Below, piece by piece: positions 27,874 through 43,875 of a DNA stretch of 64,000 nucleotides (the first letter of the stretch is position 1; each line of letters starts with the position of its first letter). Position numbers and translations under genes: made by a program. This stretch comes from the human T2T-CHM13v2.0 reference genome, Homo sapiens. The stretch lies in the NCBI RefSeq assembly GCF_009914755.1, contig NC_060947.1. One strand, 5' to 3'. Below the pieces are notes generated by a model. It did not search any database and had not been told where the DNA came from. It worked only from the letters and a program-made list of their open reading frames with translations.

Positions 27874-28939
27874 TACACCTAAAATTATAAAACATTTATT
27901 AGAAAACATAGGAGAAACTTCTGTAACTTTGTGTTAGATGAGGATTTTTAAATAGGACCCAAAAAGCATAAACCATAAAAGAAAAAAATAATAAATTGGA
28001 CTTTATCAAAATTAAAGTGTTTTCCTCCAAAGACATTGTTAAGAAAATTAAAAGGCAAGCTACAGTCTGGGAGAAAATATTTACAAACCATGTATCTGAT
28101 AAAGTACTTGCATGGAGAACATATGAAGAACTCTAACAACTCTATAAAAAGAAAGCCATCAACGCATTTTTTAAAAATGAGATAAAGATTTGAGCAAAAT
28201 TTCATATTTTGAAAAAGATGCCAAATAAGCACATGAAAAGAAGCTTAACTTAATTAAACATTAAGGAAATGTAAATTAAAATCACAATGACATACTACTG
28301 TACAACATTAGAATCACTAAAGTTTCCAACACTGATAATATCAAGAGCTGATAAAGATGTAGAGCAACCTCATACATTTTTGTTGGAAATAAAAAATGGT
28401 ACAGCCACTTTGAAAAACGAGTTAGCAGTTTCTTATACAATTGCACATACACTTACCATATAACTCAGTGATTCCATTCTTAAGTATTTAACTTAGAGAA
28501 ATGAAAACCTATATCCACATAAAAGTTTATGCATGAATGTTCATATCAGCTTTATTCATAATCACTCAGAACTGGAAACTACCCAAATATCTATCACCTG
28601 CTGTACAGATCAGCAATCTGTGTTAACATCCATACAGGGAAATCCTACTCAGCCACAAAAATGGACAAACTACTAATAGATGCAGAAACATAGCTAGATG
28701 TCAAATGCATTACAATGAATGAAAGATACCAAACTCAAAAAGGTACATACTGTATGATTACACTTACATGTCACTGTGGAAAAGGTACAACAAACAGGTC
28801 CAGAAAACAGATCGATACTTGCTAGATGCTGGAGTTAGGGGGGGATTGATTATGAAAAAACATGAGAAATATATATCTTGATTATGGTGGTTACCTGAAT
28901 CTGTGTTTATTTAAACTCATAAAACTCTATATTAAAAAG

Positions 28940-31670
<2,731 letters not shown>

Positions 31671-31989
31671 TAAGAAAGTGCTATACCCTATTCTTCATGA
31701 AACAAATGTTTGAATATTTTCCTCAGGGGCCTATTTGAATTAGGTGATTTGTTGAGACCCTCTGATTATCTCTTTACTGTCGCTTCAAGGAAAAGCTAGA
31801 ATGATTCAGGGAATCCCTTCAACTAGTGTAGTCCGAGGTTAGTGCTATTCAGTGGTTTCAATTCATTTACAATACAGCAAAATCTTTTCTTTCTTTCTCA
31901 AAAGAAATCTTTCATAAAACATCACTGTATGAAATGGGTAAATTATACCCCATTCTATGTCATAGGGTGATTATGACTCTGAGAGAAAG

Positions 31990-32230
31990 TAGGGCATAGT
32001 GTTTAAGAGCACAGACCTTGGAGTCTTACAGACCAAGGTTTGAATCCAGGTTTTCCTTCTTACTTAGCTATATGGCTTTGGGTGAATCATTTAATATTTT
32101 GCAGCCCCAGGTTCCACTCCTATAAATTGATGATAACCCCTGTCTCAAAACAAGGTTACTGTGAGATTAGAAATGCTATATGGAAGGTGCCCAGAAAAAT
32201 ATTAATTACATAGAGTCAATTGTTATTATC
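31990..32230 (+). mobile_element. MIR SINE, near full length
   Basis: catagtgtttaagagcacagac..ggtttgaatccagg..gttactgtgagatta..gttattat. Confidence 0.8.
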
Positions 32231-33326
32231 CCTGCCTTCCACATCCTGCACCACCACTTTCTTCTTGTGTCCATCTGTCTCAGCTAGAGCCTAGGTTTCT
32301 TCACCAATTTCAATCCAAGCAACCTGCCATTGGAACTAGTGGAGTGCTCTCTTTTCAAGACAGCCTGTGCTCCCTGACTGGTCTATCATCTTCAGAGTTA
32401 GGCTACTTCAATACTCAATTCCAACCTGGAGAAGAACTGCCAATCTCCATATGGTCCATACTTCTAAATGATGATTAGGGCATCTAGTGATATCATAGCA
32501 CCAACCTCCAATCAGTAAAATGAGCATACATTCATACACACACACACAAATATACATACCCACAAAAACCCTATAACTGAATATTCAAAAACACAATTAT
32601 TACTCTCATTTTAGTAACAAAAAGCCATTACTGCCAAGGAAGAATTCCAGCCTCATATAGGATGGCAAGAAATACTAAGACTACAAGGAGATGACAAAGA
32701 AAGCAGTTTTCCACCATTCCATAGAATAGCCCAAACTATACAATGAGACTCAGATCAGAGTAAGGTAGCACATTAAACAGCAGGATCATCAGCCTTGTAT
32801 TGCTGCTTCCCTTGCCTCTGAGTCCCACAGAGTGATGGGATCAGCCAGATGGAATCTATACATGCAGAAGTACTGGAACTAAAGGACTCAGTGCCAAGGG
32901 TTTAGCACCTTTTAGAACAAGCAGTAAAAAATCCAGTCCCCCTACCACTTCCCCTCAGAGGGCAAACAGTTGTCACATGCTGTGCTGGACTTGATCTATT
33001 TAACTGCTCAACTACAGAAACACAATCAGCAATTACATTCAAGAATGCTTGAAACACATGACAAACTGCCTCTCTGAACAATTACAACAGCTTAAAATTT
33101 AGATATCAGTCCCTTTGATTCCATACATTTTCATAAAGAAAATTAGTTTATCTAGGAAATGGTACATATTTCTACCCTGAGGTTAAAACATTGACTGTGC
33201 CATTGTCAGCCATAGACAAAATTTCCCCCAACTAGTCATAGTTTGGGCTCTGTGTGGATATTTATGGCCAATAAAATCCAAATAGTCATTCCTTAGTAGT
33301 CTCATCTTTAGGTCAAACCTGAAGCT

Positions 33327-33952
33327 AGGAGTGTGACATCAGCAAAATGGCAGACTAGGAAGCTTCAGGCCCTCATTCCCCCATAGAAACATTAAGTAAA
33401 CAGCAACAGACTGACTGAAATTACTTTACAGAAGCTCTGAAAAACCAGTCAAAGTCCTACAGCAACCAAGCAAACACTCAATCAAGAAAAAGCCACATTC
33501 AAAACGATAGAAAATTCTATGGTCTTTTTATTCATGCTTGCTTCACACCTACCATGGCATGGAGTGGCATGATTTGCAGAGAAGTGGTAGCCTGGTCTCC
33601 AGTTCCCTTCCTTGAACCAGAGAGAGCAAAGTGTACATAATTTACAATGTTTTAAGCTGTCTAAGAGATCCGTCTCTATGTCCCCTAACTCTGAGGTACC
33701 TAGAAAAGTCAAATTCATAGAGACAGAAAGTAGAATGGTGGTATCGAAGGGCTGCAGGGACAGGGAATGGGGAGTTATGTTTAATGCATATGAAGTTTCA
33801 ATTTGGGGAGATATTTTAAAGTTCTAGAGATGGATAGTGATGATGGCTGAACAAGAAGGTGAATGTATTTAATGCTACTTTAACAGTATATTTTTTTAAA
33901 TGGCCAAATGGCAGATTTTATGTTGTATATATTTTACCACAATTTAAAAAAA
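33327..33952 (+). mobile_element. L1MB-type element: 5' UTR start joined directly to 3' end
   Basis: gtgacatcagcaaaatggcagactagg (old L1 5' terminus) to ~33690, then tgaggtacctagaaaagtcaaattcatagagacagaaagtagaatgg..ttttaccacaatttaaaaaaa (L1MB 3' end); flanking tgaagct repeats. Confidence 0.75.
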
Positions 33953-34040
33953 ATTGAAGCTGAAGAAATATATGTGCAAAAAGCCAACTTGCCAAAAATT
34001 TTCTGAGAAACAAACAGGTGAATAAAAGATAAATTTTATA

Positions 34041-34329
34041 GGCTGGGCATGGTGGCTCACACCTGTAATCCCAGCACTTTGGGAGGCCGAGGCGGGCAGA
34101 TCACAAGGTTAGGAGATCAAGACCATCCTGGCCAACATGGCAAAACCCCGTCTCTACTAAAAATGCAAAAATTAACTGGGCATGGTGGTGTGTGCCTGTA
34201 ATCCCAGCTACTCCGGAGGCTGAGGCAAGAGAATCACTTGAACCAGGAAGTAGGAGGTTGCAGTGAGCCAAGATTGCGCCACTGTGCTCTGGCCTGGCAT
34301 CAGAGCAAGACTCTGTCTCAAATAAATAA
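34041..34329 (+). mobile_element. AluSc-like, full length
   Basis: gagatcaagaccatcctggcc; TSD ataaattttata at 34029-34040 and 34330-34341. Confidence 0.95.
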
Positions 34330-35598
34330 ATAAATTTTATAAAAGGCCTCAAAGTTTTCTGCCTATCCAGGGCTTTATTCAATCCATGAGTCTACTATCT
34401 ATGATCTTCAAAATTAACTAGGGAAAGTTATTTTATCCATAAATGTATTTTCGCTCTTAGATTCCCATTCCAAAATTATCTAATATATTCTTGGATTACT
34501 TCTTTTTCTGGAGGACAGCAATTGAAAACAGTAAAGTTTTCAAGCACGACACCTACATTTCTCTACATCCTTGTCAAAATTCCCTTGTTCATTTTAAGTC
34601 ACTTCAAGCAAAATTTCTTAACTGCCTGCTGTGTGCTGGGCACTGAGGTAGTTTACACAGTATTAAAAACAATGAAAAATATAAACTGTAGTCATGCACC
34701 ACATAATAATGTTTTGGTCAATAATGGACTGCCTAGATGACTGTGGTCCCAACGATTATGATAAAACTGAAAAATTCCTATTGCTTAGTGACATCATAGC
34801 CATCATAATATCTTAGTATGTCACATGACTCACGTGTTTGTGGCGATGCTGGTGTAAACAAAACTCTTGCATTGCAAGGTGTATAAAAGTATAGCACACA
34901 CAATTATGTATAGTATATAATACTTGATAATAATAAATGACTATGTTACTGGTTTGTGTAATTATTATACTATACTTTTTAATCATTATTTTAGAGCGTG
35001 CTCCTTCTAATTATAAAAAAGTTAATGGTAACAGCCTCAGGCATGTCCTTCAGAAGGTATTCCAGAAGAAGGCATTGCTATCCAAAGAGATGACAGCCCT
35101 ATGCATGTGACTGCCCCTGAATATCTTCCAGTAGGACAAGATGTAGAGGTGGAAGACAATGAGGTTGATGATCCTTACCCTCTGTAGGGCTAGGCTAATG
35201 TATATGTCTGTGACTTAGTTTTTTACAAAAAAAGTTTAAGTAAAAAAATAAAATATTCTAAAAATTGAAAAAAGCATATAGAATACATATATACAGAAAG
35301 AAAATATTTTTGTACAGCTGTACAATATGTTTGTGTTTAAACTAAGTGTTATTACAGTGTCAAAAAGTTTAAAAATTAAAAGTTTATAAAGTAAAATGTT
35401 ACAGTAAGCAAAGGTTAATTTATTAAAGAAAAATATTTAAAAATAAATGTAGTGTAGCCTAAGTGTACACTGTTTAAAAAGTGTACAGTAGTGAACAGTA
35501 ATGTTCTAGGCCTTCACATTCCCTCACCACTCACTCACTGACTCACCCAAAGCAACATCCAGTTCTGCAAGGCCCTATACAAGTGTACTATTTTTATC

Positions 35599-35890
35599 TT
35601 TTTTTTTTTTTTGACAGGGTCTCACTCTATTGCCCAGGCTGGAGTGCAGTGGCATGATCATGGCTTACTGCAGTTTTAACCTCCCGGGCTCAAGCAATGC
35701 TCCTACCTCAGCCTCTTGAGTAGCTGGGACCACAGGCGTGTGCCACCACACTCAGCTATTTGTTAAATTTTTTGTAGAAATGAATTTTCACCATGTTGCC
35801 TAGGCTGGTCTTGATCTTCTGGGCTCGAGCAATTTGCCCACTTCAGCCTCCCAGTGCTGGGATTACAGGCATGAGTCACTGTGCCTGGCC
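35599..35890 (-). mobile_element. AluJ nested in Tigger3
   Basis: Poly(T), J-type gatcatggct/gggctcaagc; TSD atttttatctttt on both sides. Confidence 0.92.
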
Positions 35891-35983
35891 ATTTTTTATC
35901 TTTTATGCCATATTTTAACGTATCTTTTCTATAGATATGTTTAGATACAGAAATACTTAGCATTGCGCTATAATTGCCTAAAA

Positions 35984-36120
35984 GGCTGGGCATGACTGCT
36001 CACACTTGTAATCCCAGCACTTTGGGAGGCTAGGGCAGAAGGACTGCATGAGCCCAGGAGTTCAAGACCAGCATTGGAAACATAGGTAGACCCTGTCTCT
36101 ATTTTTTTTTAAAGGAAAAA
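35984..36120 (+). mobile_element. FLAM nested in Tigger3
   Basis: Single Alu arm; near-TSD aattgccta/aatcgccta. Confidence 0.85.
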
Positions 36121-36466
36121 CAATCGCCTACACAGTAACATGCTGTACATGTTTGTAGCCTAGGAGCAATAGGCTATACCATATAGCCTAAGTGTGTAAT
36201 AGGGTATACTATCAAGATTTATGCAAGTACATTCCACGATGTTGGCACAATGATGAAACTACCTAACAACACATTTCTCAGAAGTATCCCTGTCATTAAG
36301 CAAGGCATTGAAATTGGTTTTAAGCACAAAGGTGACTGTGAATGGTCTATTATGTAAAAAAAATCACAGGGCAATTTAATTTGGCATTCTGGTGGAAGAT
36401 GAAAACCTATGAAATCAATCACACAGATACTCAATTTTTTAAAAAGGGAGTTAAGAAAACATGGAC

Positions 36467-37979
36467 TCCCATTCACAATTGCTACAAAGAGAATAAAATA
36501 CCTAGGAATTCAACTTACAAAGGATGTGAAGGACCTCTTCAAGGAGAACTACAAACCACTGCTCAACGAAATAAAAGAGGACAGAAACAAATGGAAGAAC
36601 ATTCCATGCTCATGGGTAGGAAGAATCAATATCATGAAAATGGCCATACTGCCCAAGGTAATTTATAGATTCAATGCCATCCCCATCAAGCTACCAATAA
36701 CTTTCATCACAGAATTGGAAAAAACTACTTTAAAGTTCATATGGAACCAACAAAGAGCCTGCATTGCCAAGACAATCCTAAGCAAAAAGAACAAAGCTGG
36801 AGGCATCACGCTACCTGACTTCAAACTATACTACAAGGCTACAGTAACCAAAACAGCATGGTACTGGTGCCAAAACAGAGATATAGACCAATGGAACAGA
36901 ACAGAGGCCTCGGAAATAACACCACACATTTACAACCATCTAATATTTGACAAACCTGACAAAAACAAGAAATGGGGAAAGGATTCTCTATTTAATAAAT
37001 GGTGCTGGGAAAACTGGTTAGCCATATGTAGAGAGCTGAAACTGGATCCCTTCCTTACACCTTATATAAAAATTAGTTCAAGATGGATTAAAGACTTAAA
37101 TGTTAGACCTAAAACCATAAAAACTCCAGAAGAAAAGCTAGGCAATACCATTCAGGACATAGGCATGGACAAGGACTTCATGACTGAATCACCAAAAGCA
37201 GTGGCAACAAAAGCCAAAATTGACAAATGGGATTTAATTAAACTAAAGAGCTTCTGCACAGCAAAAGAAACTATCATCAGAGTGAACAAGCAGCCTACAG
37301 AATGGGTGAAAATTTTTGCAATCTACCCATCGGACAAAAGGCTAATATTCAGAATCTACAAAGAACTTAAACAAATTTACAAGAAAAAGTCAAAATAAAA
37401 ACCATCAAAAAGTGGGCAAAGGATACGAACAGACAGTTTTCAAAAGAAGACATTTATGCAGACAACGGACACATGAAACAATGCTCACCATCACTGGCCA
37501 TCAGAGAAATGCAAATCAAAACCACAATGAGATACCATCTGACACCAGTTAGAATGGCAATCATTAAAAAGTCAGGAAACAACAGGTACTGGAGAGGATG
37601 TGGAGAAATAGGAACACTTTTACACTGTTGGTGGGAGTGTAAACTAGTTCAACCATTGTGGAAGAAAGTGTGGCGATTCCTCAAGGATCTAGAACTAGAA
37701 ATACCGTTTGACCCAGCCATCCCATTACTGGGTATATACCCAAAGGATTATAAATCATGCTACTATAAAGGCACATGCACACGTATGTTTATTGTGGCAC
37801 TATTCACAATAGCAAAGACTTGGAACCAACCCAAATGTCCATCAATGATAGACTGGATTAAGAAAATGTGGCACATATACACCATGGAATACTATGCAGC
37901 CATAAAAAAGGATGAGTTCATGTCCTTTGAAGGGACATGGATGAAGCTGGAAACCATCATTCTGAGCAAACTATCATAA
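36467..37979 (+). pseudogene. L1 ORF2p C-terminal remnant (frameshifted)
   Basis: Track ORFs 36409-37398 ([23 protein letters not shown]) and 37473-37979 ([21 protein letters not shown]). Confidence 0.9.
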
Positions 37980-38236
37980 AGACAGGAAACCAAACACCCC
38001 ATGCTCTCAGTCATAGGTTGGAATTGAACAATGAGAACACTTGGACACAGGGCGGGGAACATCACACACTGGGGCCTGTCCTGAGGTGGGGGCATGGGGG
38101 AGGGACAGCATTAGGAGAAATACCTAATGTAAATGATGAGTTAACGGGTGCAGCAAACCAACACGGCACATGTATACATATGTAACAAACCTGCACATTG
38201 TGCACATGTACCCTAGAACTTTAATAATAATAAAAA
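36467..38236 (+). mobile_element. 5'-truncated L1PA (about L1PA5-7), 1.77 kb
   Basis: ORF2 C-terminal remnants, 3' UTR and A tail; exact 14-bp TSD aagaaaacatggac at 36453-36466 and 38237-38250; TT/AAGA endonuclease site. Confidence 0.96.
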
Positions 38237-41200
38237 AAGAAAACATGGACATAGTGGAGGGGTAGTAAATAACCAAGGAATATGAAAAGTCTTTGAACAA
38301 ATTTAAAATTTAAGACAAATATATGTTAGGTACTTAAAATATTAACAAAAACATGCAAAGACTATCTGGCCCTATTTCCCATACCTCTCTAATATTCTGC
38401 AGAGTTCTTTAGGCCCTATCTGTAAACTCACCTTCACTCCAAGGGTTTTTCTTTCTGTAGCTATGGGAAATTTAAACACTCCTTTACAATTAGTTTGGCA
38501 GCTTCACATTGAAGACTGGCTATGGGCCCAACTAATACTTCATGGCCCATTTCTAGTGAATATGCCCTTCCTAACTTGTTCCCTACCCAGGTCTAGTAAC
38601 TATCTGGGATCCTTAACTGAGTCCTCTGGTCCCAGGATCCTGCCTTGCTTTTTACTAAAAGTCCTAAAACTGGATTCCACCTATTAATATCAGATTCTTT
38701 CACAGGCTGAGTGCTTACCACTGAACTTGTGTGGTACCTCACCCATGGCTGGCTGTCACACTTCTCTGATGTTCTCTCCAAACCGTCTGTCTTGTCATGA
38801 CTTTCTAGATTTGACTGCCACATCTTGGCAAGTGTCTCATCTGTTAGATCTGACCCTTAAAGTTGACCTTCTGTGACCTGACTAGTCTCAGTGCCCACCA
38901 ACCCTGGGTCCTGACACTAACTAGAATAACCCAAATGGTTTTGGAATGAAAAGAGGCATGTTTAAAAGAACAAGTCCTAGTGAAAACATACAGGAAAGCC
39001 TATATGACAGATTAAATATAAAATATAAAGCCCTATAACAACTTTGAGGAAAGTTTTGCCAGGACTAACAAAAACAAGAAAAATAGTTTTTACAAATCTC
39101 AAAGGGGAAAAAACGAAACTAAAGAGAATTTTAAAATGTTCACTTATTGACTATAGGCAGAGAAAATGCTTTAGAGAAATGGGTAGCCAATTGAAAAAAA
39201 TCCTTGTATCAATCTACAGTGAGATGAACACCTAAGGAATTTCTTCTTCCCCATTGTTTCTGAAAGGCACAAGCTGGTATAACTGGGTGAAGCAATGGTC
39301 AATAACGAAGATGTGCATATACAATAGATAAATTACCAGAACTAGATAGAGATAGTCTCTAACCCAAGAATTTGGAAGGAAATCACGCGTAAGATTCTAA
39401 ACTCATGGCCAAAATGCATTATGGCCTATTCTTAATATTATCAAACATGACATGATCTGGTAGTCACAAATGTGACTTCTGTTTGTAAAGACTCAATAGG
39501 GGACTTTCAGAGATTCAGCTCCCTATTAAAAAAAAAAAAAGCTGTATCAGAAGCTAAAGAGAAACCCTAGGATAAGAAATATGGAAACATTCTTGTCTAC
39601 ATTTAGTGTAAAGCTAACTCCTGCTCCAGAGAAAAGCCTAAGAAAGAGTTATGAAGGATAACACATGACCTTGAGGACATTCAGGACATAAATATGACTT
39701 GATAGCACATGGGAAATGGTCCTCAGAGGTTTCTCTCACAGGAATGTTTTGCTTAGATTGCTACGTACAGCAGGACTCAAAGCATATTCTCAAGTAGGGC
39801 TAACCTCTAACCCCAAGAGCTGGCCACTAACTCTTAGGCATTGTTTCTTCTAGAACATTCACTGGGTCACCTGGATCATACTTTAGATCAAGCCCCAAAG
39901 CCAAATCCCTTGGCAGTGATTTATTCATAATCCTCTGTCATTGTTTTTGCTTCTAAGGTTCCTACCACCCTTAGCATTTTATCTGGACATGAGGGCAGAC
40001 ACTTGCTCATAATATACATTTCAGTATATCTCTCTCCACCACCCTCCCACCCCCACCTCATTGCCACCACCATTACCCTGCTACCACCCCATCAACAAAA
40101 CAGCACTATACCAGCTTTGCTCAGGTTTCATTATTTGTATAATTACTTAAAGCATGGCTTCCCAATCCATATAAACCGGACAGTCAACAGAAAATTATCT
40201 CCAATGCAGACAGTTAAGTCCTGAGCAAAAGGACTTACCCAGGTGAATAAGATAAGGCTCTTTGTTTATTTAGGAAGGCATGATTCCACTCAAAGTCTCT
40301 TAATAAACAGACCTCAGGTTGAGGAGGCTATCAACAGCTTTCAAAACCTCCTACTGCAAACGTTTGCTTTCCCCACCCCCATCACAATGATTTACTCATT
40401 CTTCTTAATAATATTTTAGCTAGCAGATGACATCATTTATAGACAAGCTATGAAATTTGAACAGAGACGGTTTTCTAATTTAAAAAATTATTTCATCTTT
40501 TCCAGTGTTCTCGACCTCCTAGCAGCCAAATAAACAGAAACCTAATGGCAAATCATTTTACCATCAAGAAGTTCAGTAATGAATTGATGCTACTTCTACC
40601 GATCCCTCAGCTTTCATATCCTGGTACAACATCTAAAAAAGATCAAAAGATTACAGCCTCAGAAAGGAAATTATACATCTTTAATTTTTTAAAGTGAATC
40701 ATATATAGGTTTCTCTCATACCCTTTAGATTTGTCTCCAAGATAAAGGGTCTCATTATTTAGAGGCACATGTTTTGTGAATCATGTCAATGTCATCAACT
40801 GTTTCTTTCATCCCTTTATATATCCCATAAGAGATACTGAAAACCAAATGGTTTTTATGAAAGGCTGTCCCTTGACAAAATTATAAAGCAGGGAAAGTTT
40901 GTCTTCCCTTTTCTTTTTATCCCTTCACTAAAGTTCCATATTCCCCTATGCTATCTTCAAAACCCAAAGGAACAACTTGTTATTGACTGGAGTTCAGGTC
41001 CCCAGACATGCCAATAAGAAGGTCAAACCATAGCATGCTCTTCTATTCTTCTTTCTCCTGAGAAATTTTTTCTTATTTCTTCTTAAAAAAAAAAAGATAC
41101 ATGTACAAAACATGCAGGTTTGTTTCACAGGCATATGTGTGCCATGGTGGTTTGCTGCCCTTATTGACCTGTCCTGTAAGTTCCCTCCCCTTACTCTCAC

Positions 41201-43323
41201 CCTCTACCCCCAAACAGGCCCTGGTGTGTGTTTTTCCTCTCTCTGTGTCCATGTGTTCTCAATGTTCAATTCCCAGTTATGAGTGAGAACATGCAGTGTT
41301 TGGTTTTCTGTTCCTTTGTTAGTTTGCTGAGGATGATGGTTCCCAGCTTAATCCATGTCCCTGAAAAGGACATGATTTCATTCATTTTATAGCTGCATAG
41401 TATTCGATGGTGTATATGTACCACATTTTCTTTATCCAGTCCATCCTTGATGGGCATTTGGGTTGGTTCCATGTCTTTGCTATTGTAAATGGTGCTGCAA
41501 TCAACATACCTGTGCATGTGTCTTTATAGTAGAATGATTTCTATTCCTCTGGGTATATACCCAGTAATGAGATTGCTGGGTTAAATGGTATTTCTGGTTC
41601 TAGGTCTTTGCGGAATCACCACATTGTCTTCCACAATGATTGAACTAATTTACATTCCCTCCAACAGTGTAAAAGTGTCTCTATTTTTTCACAGCCTCAC
41701 CATCTTCTATTGCTTGTTGACTTTTTAATAATCGCCATTCTGACTGTCTGGTTTTGAATTGCATTTCTCTAATGATCAGTGATGTTGAGTTTTTTTCATA
41801 TATTTGTTGGTCATGTGAATGTCTTTTTTTTTTTGAGAGGTGTCTGCTCATATCCTTTGCCCACTTTTTGATGGGATTGTTTGTCTTTTTCTTGTAAACA
41901 TGTTTAAGTTCCTTGTAAATTCTGAATATTAGACCTTTGTCAGGTGGGTAGATTGCAAAAATTTTATCCTATGTGTAGGTTGTCTGTTCACTCTGATGCT
42001 AGTTTCTTTTGTTGTGCAGAAGCTCTTTAGTTTAATTAGATCCCATTTGTCAATTTTGGCTTTTGTTGTGATTGCTTTTGGTGTTTTTGTCATGAAGTCT
42101 TTGGCCATGCCTATGTCCTGAATGGTATTGCCTAGGTTTTCTTCTAGGGTTTTTATGGCTTTGGGTTTTACATTTAAGTCTTTGATCCATCTTGAGTTAA
42201 TTTTTGTATAAGATGTAAGGAAGGGGTCCAGTCTCAGTTTTCTGCATATGGCTGGCCAGTTTTCCCAGCACCATTTACTGAACAGGAGATCCTTTCTCCA
42301 TTGCTTGTTTTTGTCAGGTTTGTCAAAGATCAGATGGTTGTAGATGTGTGGTGTTATTTCTGAAGTCTCTGTTCTGCTCCATTGGTCTATATGTCTGTTT
42401 TGGTACCAGTAGCATGCTGTTTTGGTTACTGTAGCCTTGTTGTATAGTTTGAAGGTAGATAGTGTGATACCTCCAGCTTTATTCTTTTTGCTTAGGATTG
42501 TCTTAGCTATACGGAGTCTTCTTTGATTCCAAATGAAATTTAAAATCGTTTTTTCTGTCTGTGAAGAATGTCAATGGTAGTTTGATGGGAATAGCATTGA
42601 ATCTATAAATTACTTTGGGCAGTATGGCCATTTTTGCAATATTGATTCTTCCTATATCCATGAGGATGGAATTTTTTTCCATTTGTTTGTATCCTCTCTT
42701 ATTTCCTTGAGCAGTGGTTTGTAGTTCTCCTTGAAGAGGTCCTTCACATCCCGTGTTAGCTGTATTCCTAGGTATTTTAATCTCTTTGTAGTGATTGTGA
42801 ATGGGAATTCATTCATGATTTGGCTCTCTGCTTGCCTGTTGTTGGTATAAAGGAATACTTGTGATGGGTATCCTGAGACTTTGCTAATGTTGCTTATCAG
42901 TTCAAGTTTTTGGGCTGAGATGATTGGGTTTTCTAAATACAAAATTATGTCATCTGCAAACAAAGACAACTTGACTTCCTCTCCTCCTATTTGAATACTC
43001 CTTATTTCTTTATCTTGCCTGATTGTCCTGATCAGAACTTCCAATACTATGTTAAATAGCAGTAGGGAGAGAAGGCATCCTTGTCTTGAACTGGTTTGCA
43101 AAGGGAATGTTTCCAGCTTTTGCCCATTCAGTACGATATTGGCTGTGGGTTTGTCATAAATAGCTCTTATTATTTTGAGATATGTTCCATCAAAACCTAC
43201 TTTATTGAGAGTTTTTAACATGAAGGGATGTTGAATTTTATCAAAGGCCTTTTCTGCATCTATTGAGATAATCATGTGATTTTTGTCTTTGGTTCTGTTT
43301 ATGTGATGGATTACATTTATTTA

Positions 43324-43533
<210 letters not shown>

Positions 43534-43649
43534 TTAGTTTGGGAGGAGTCCCTCCTTTTCAATTGTTTGGAATAGTTTCAGAAGGAATGGTACCATCTCC
43601 TCTTAGTATTTCTGCTAAAATTGAACTGTGAGTCTGTCTGGTCCTGGGC

Positions 43650-43875
43650 TTTTTTTTTTCTTTTTTAAATTATCATTATACTTTAAGTTCTGGGGTAAAT
43701 ATGCACAACTTGCAGGTTTGTCACATAGGTATACATATGCCATGTTGTTTTGCTGCCCTCACCAACTCATCACTTACATTAGGTATTTATCCTAATGCTA
43801 TATCTCCCTGAGCCCCCCACCCCCTGACAAGCCCCTGTGTGTGATGTTCCCCTCCCTGTGTCCATGTGTTCTCAT
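43650..43875 (-). mobile_element. L1PA7-like 3' end nested co-directionally in ORF2 of the host L1
   Basis: Poly(T) then ttatactttaagttctgggg..tccatgtgttctcat interrupts host ctgggc|ttttt..ggttagtag. Confidence 0.9.

Larger units (their letters stand above)
34689..36311. mobile_element. Tigger3b/MER7-type (TcMar-Tigger) fossil with two nested Alu elements
   Basis: Terminus tagtcatgcaccacataa; ctgaaaaattcctattgcttagtgac; aggtattccagaagaaggcattg; end ccctgtcattaagcaaggcat. Confidence 0.88.

Noticed and set aside
36409-37398. 329-aa ORF as a host gene
   Set aside because: L1 ORF2 fragment of a 5'-truncated, frameshifted copy; the ATG comes from flanking DNA by chance.
40562-40632. Minus-strand segment with a good acceptor (cttttgatcttttttag) as a coding exon
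   Set aside because: Stops in all three frames up to the gtaaaa donor; it could only be non-coding and has no further support.
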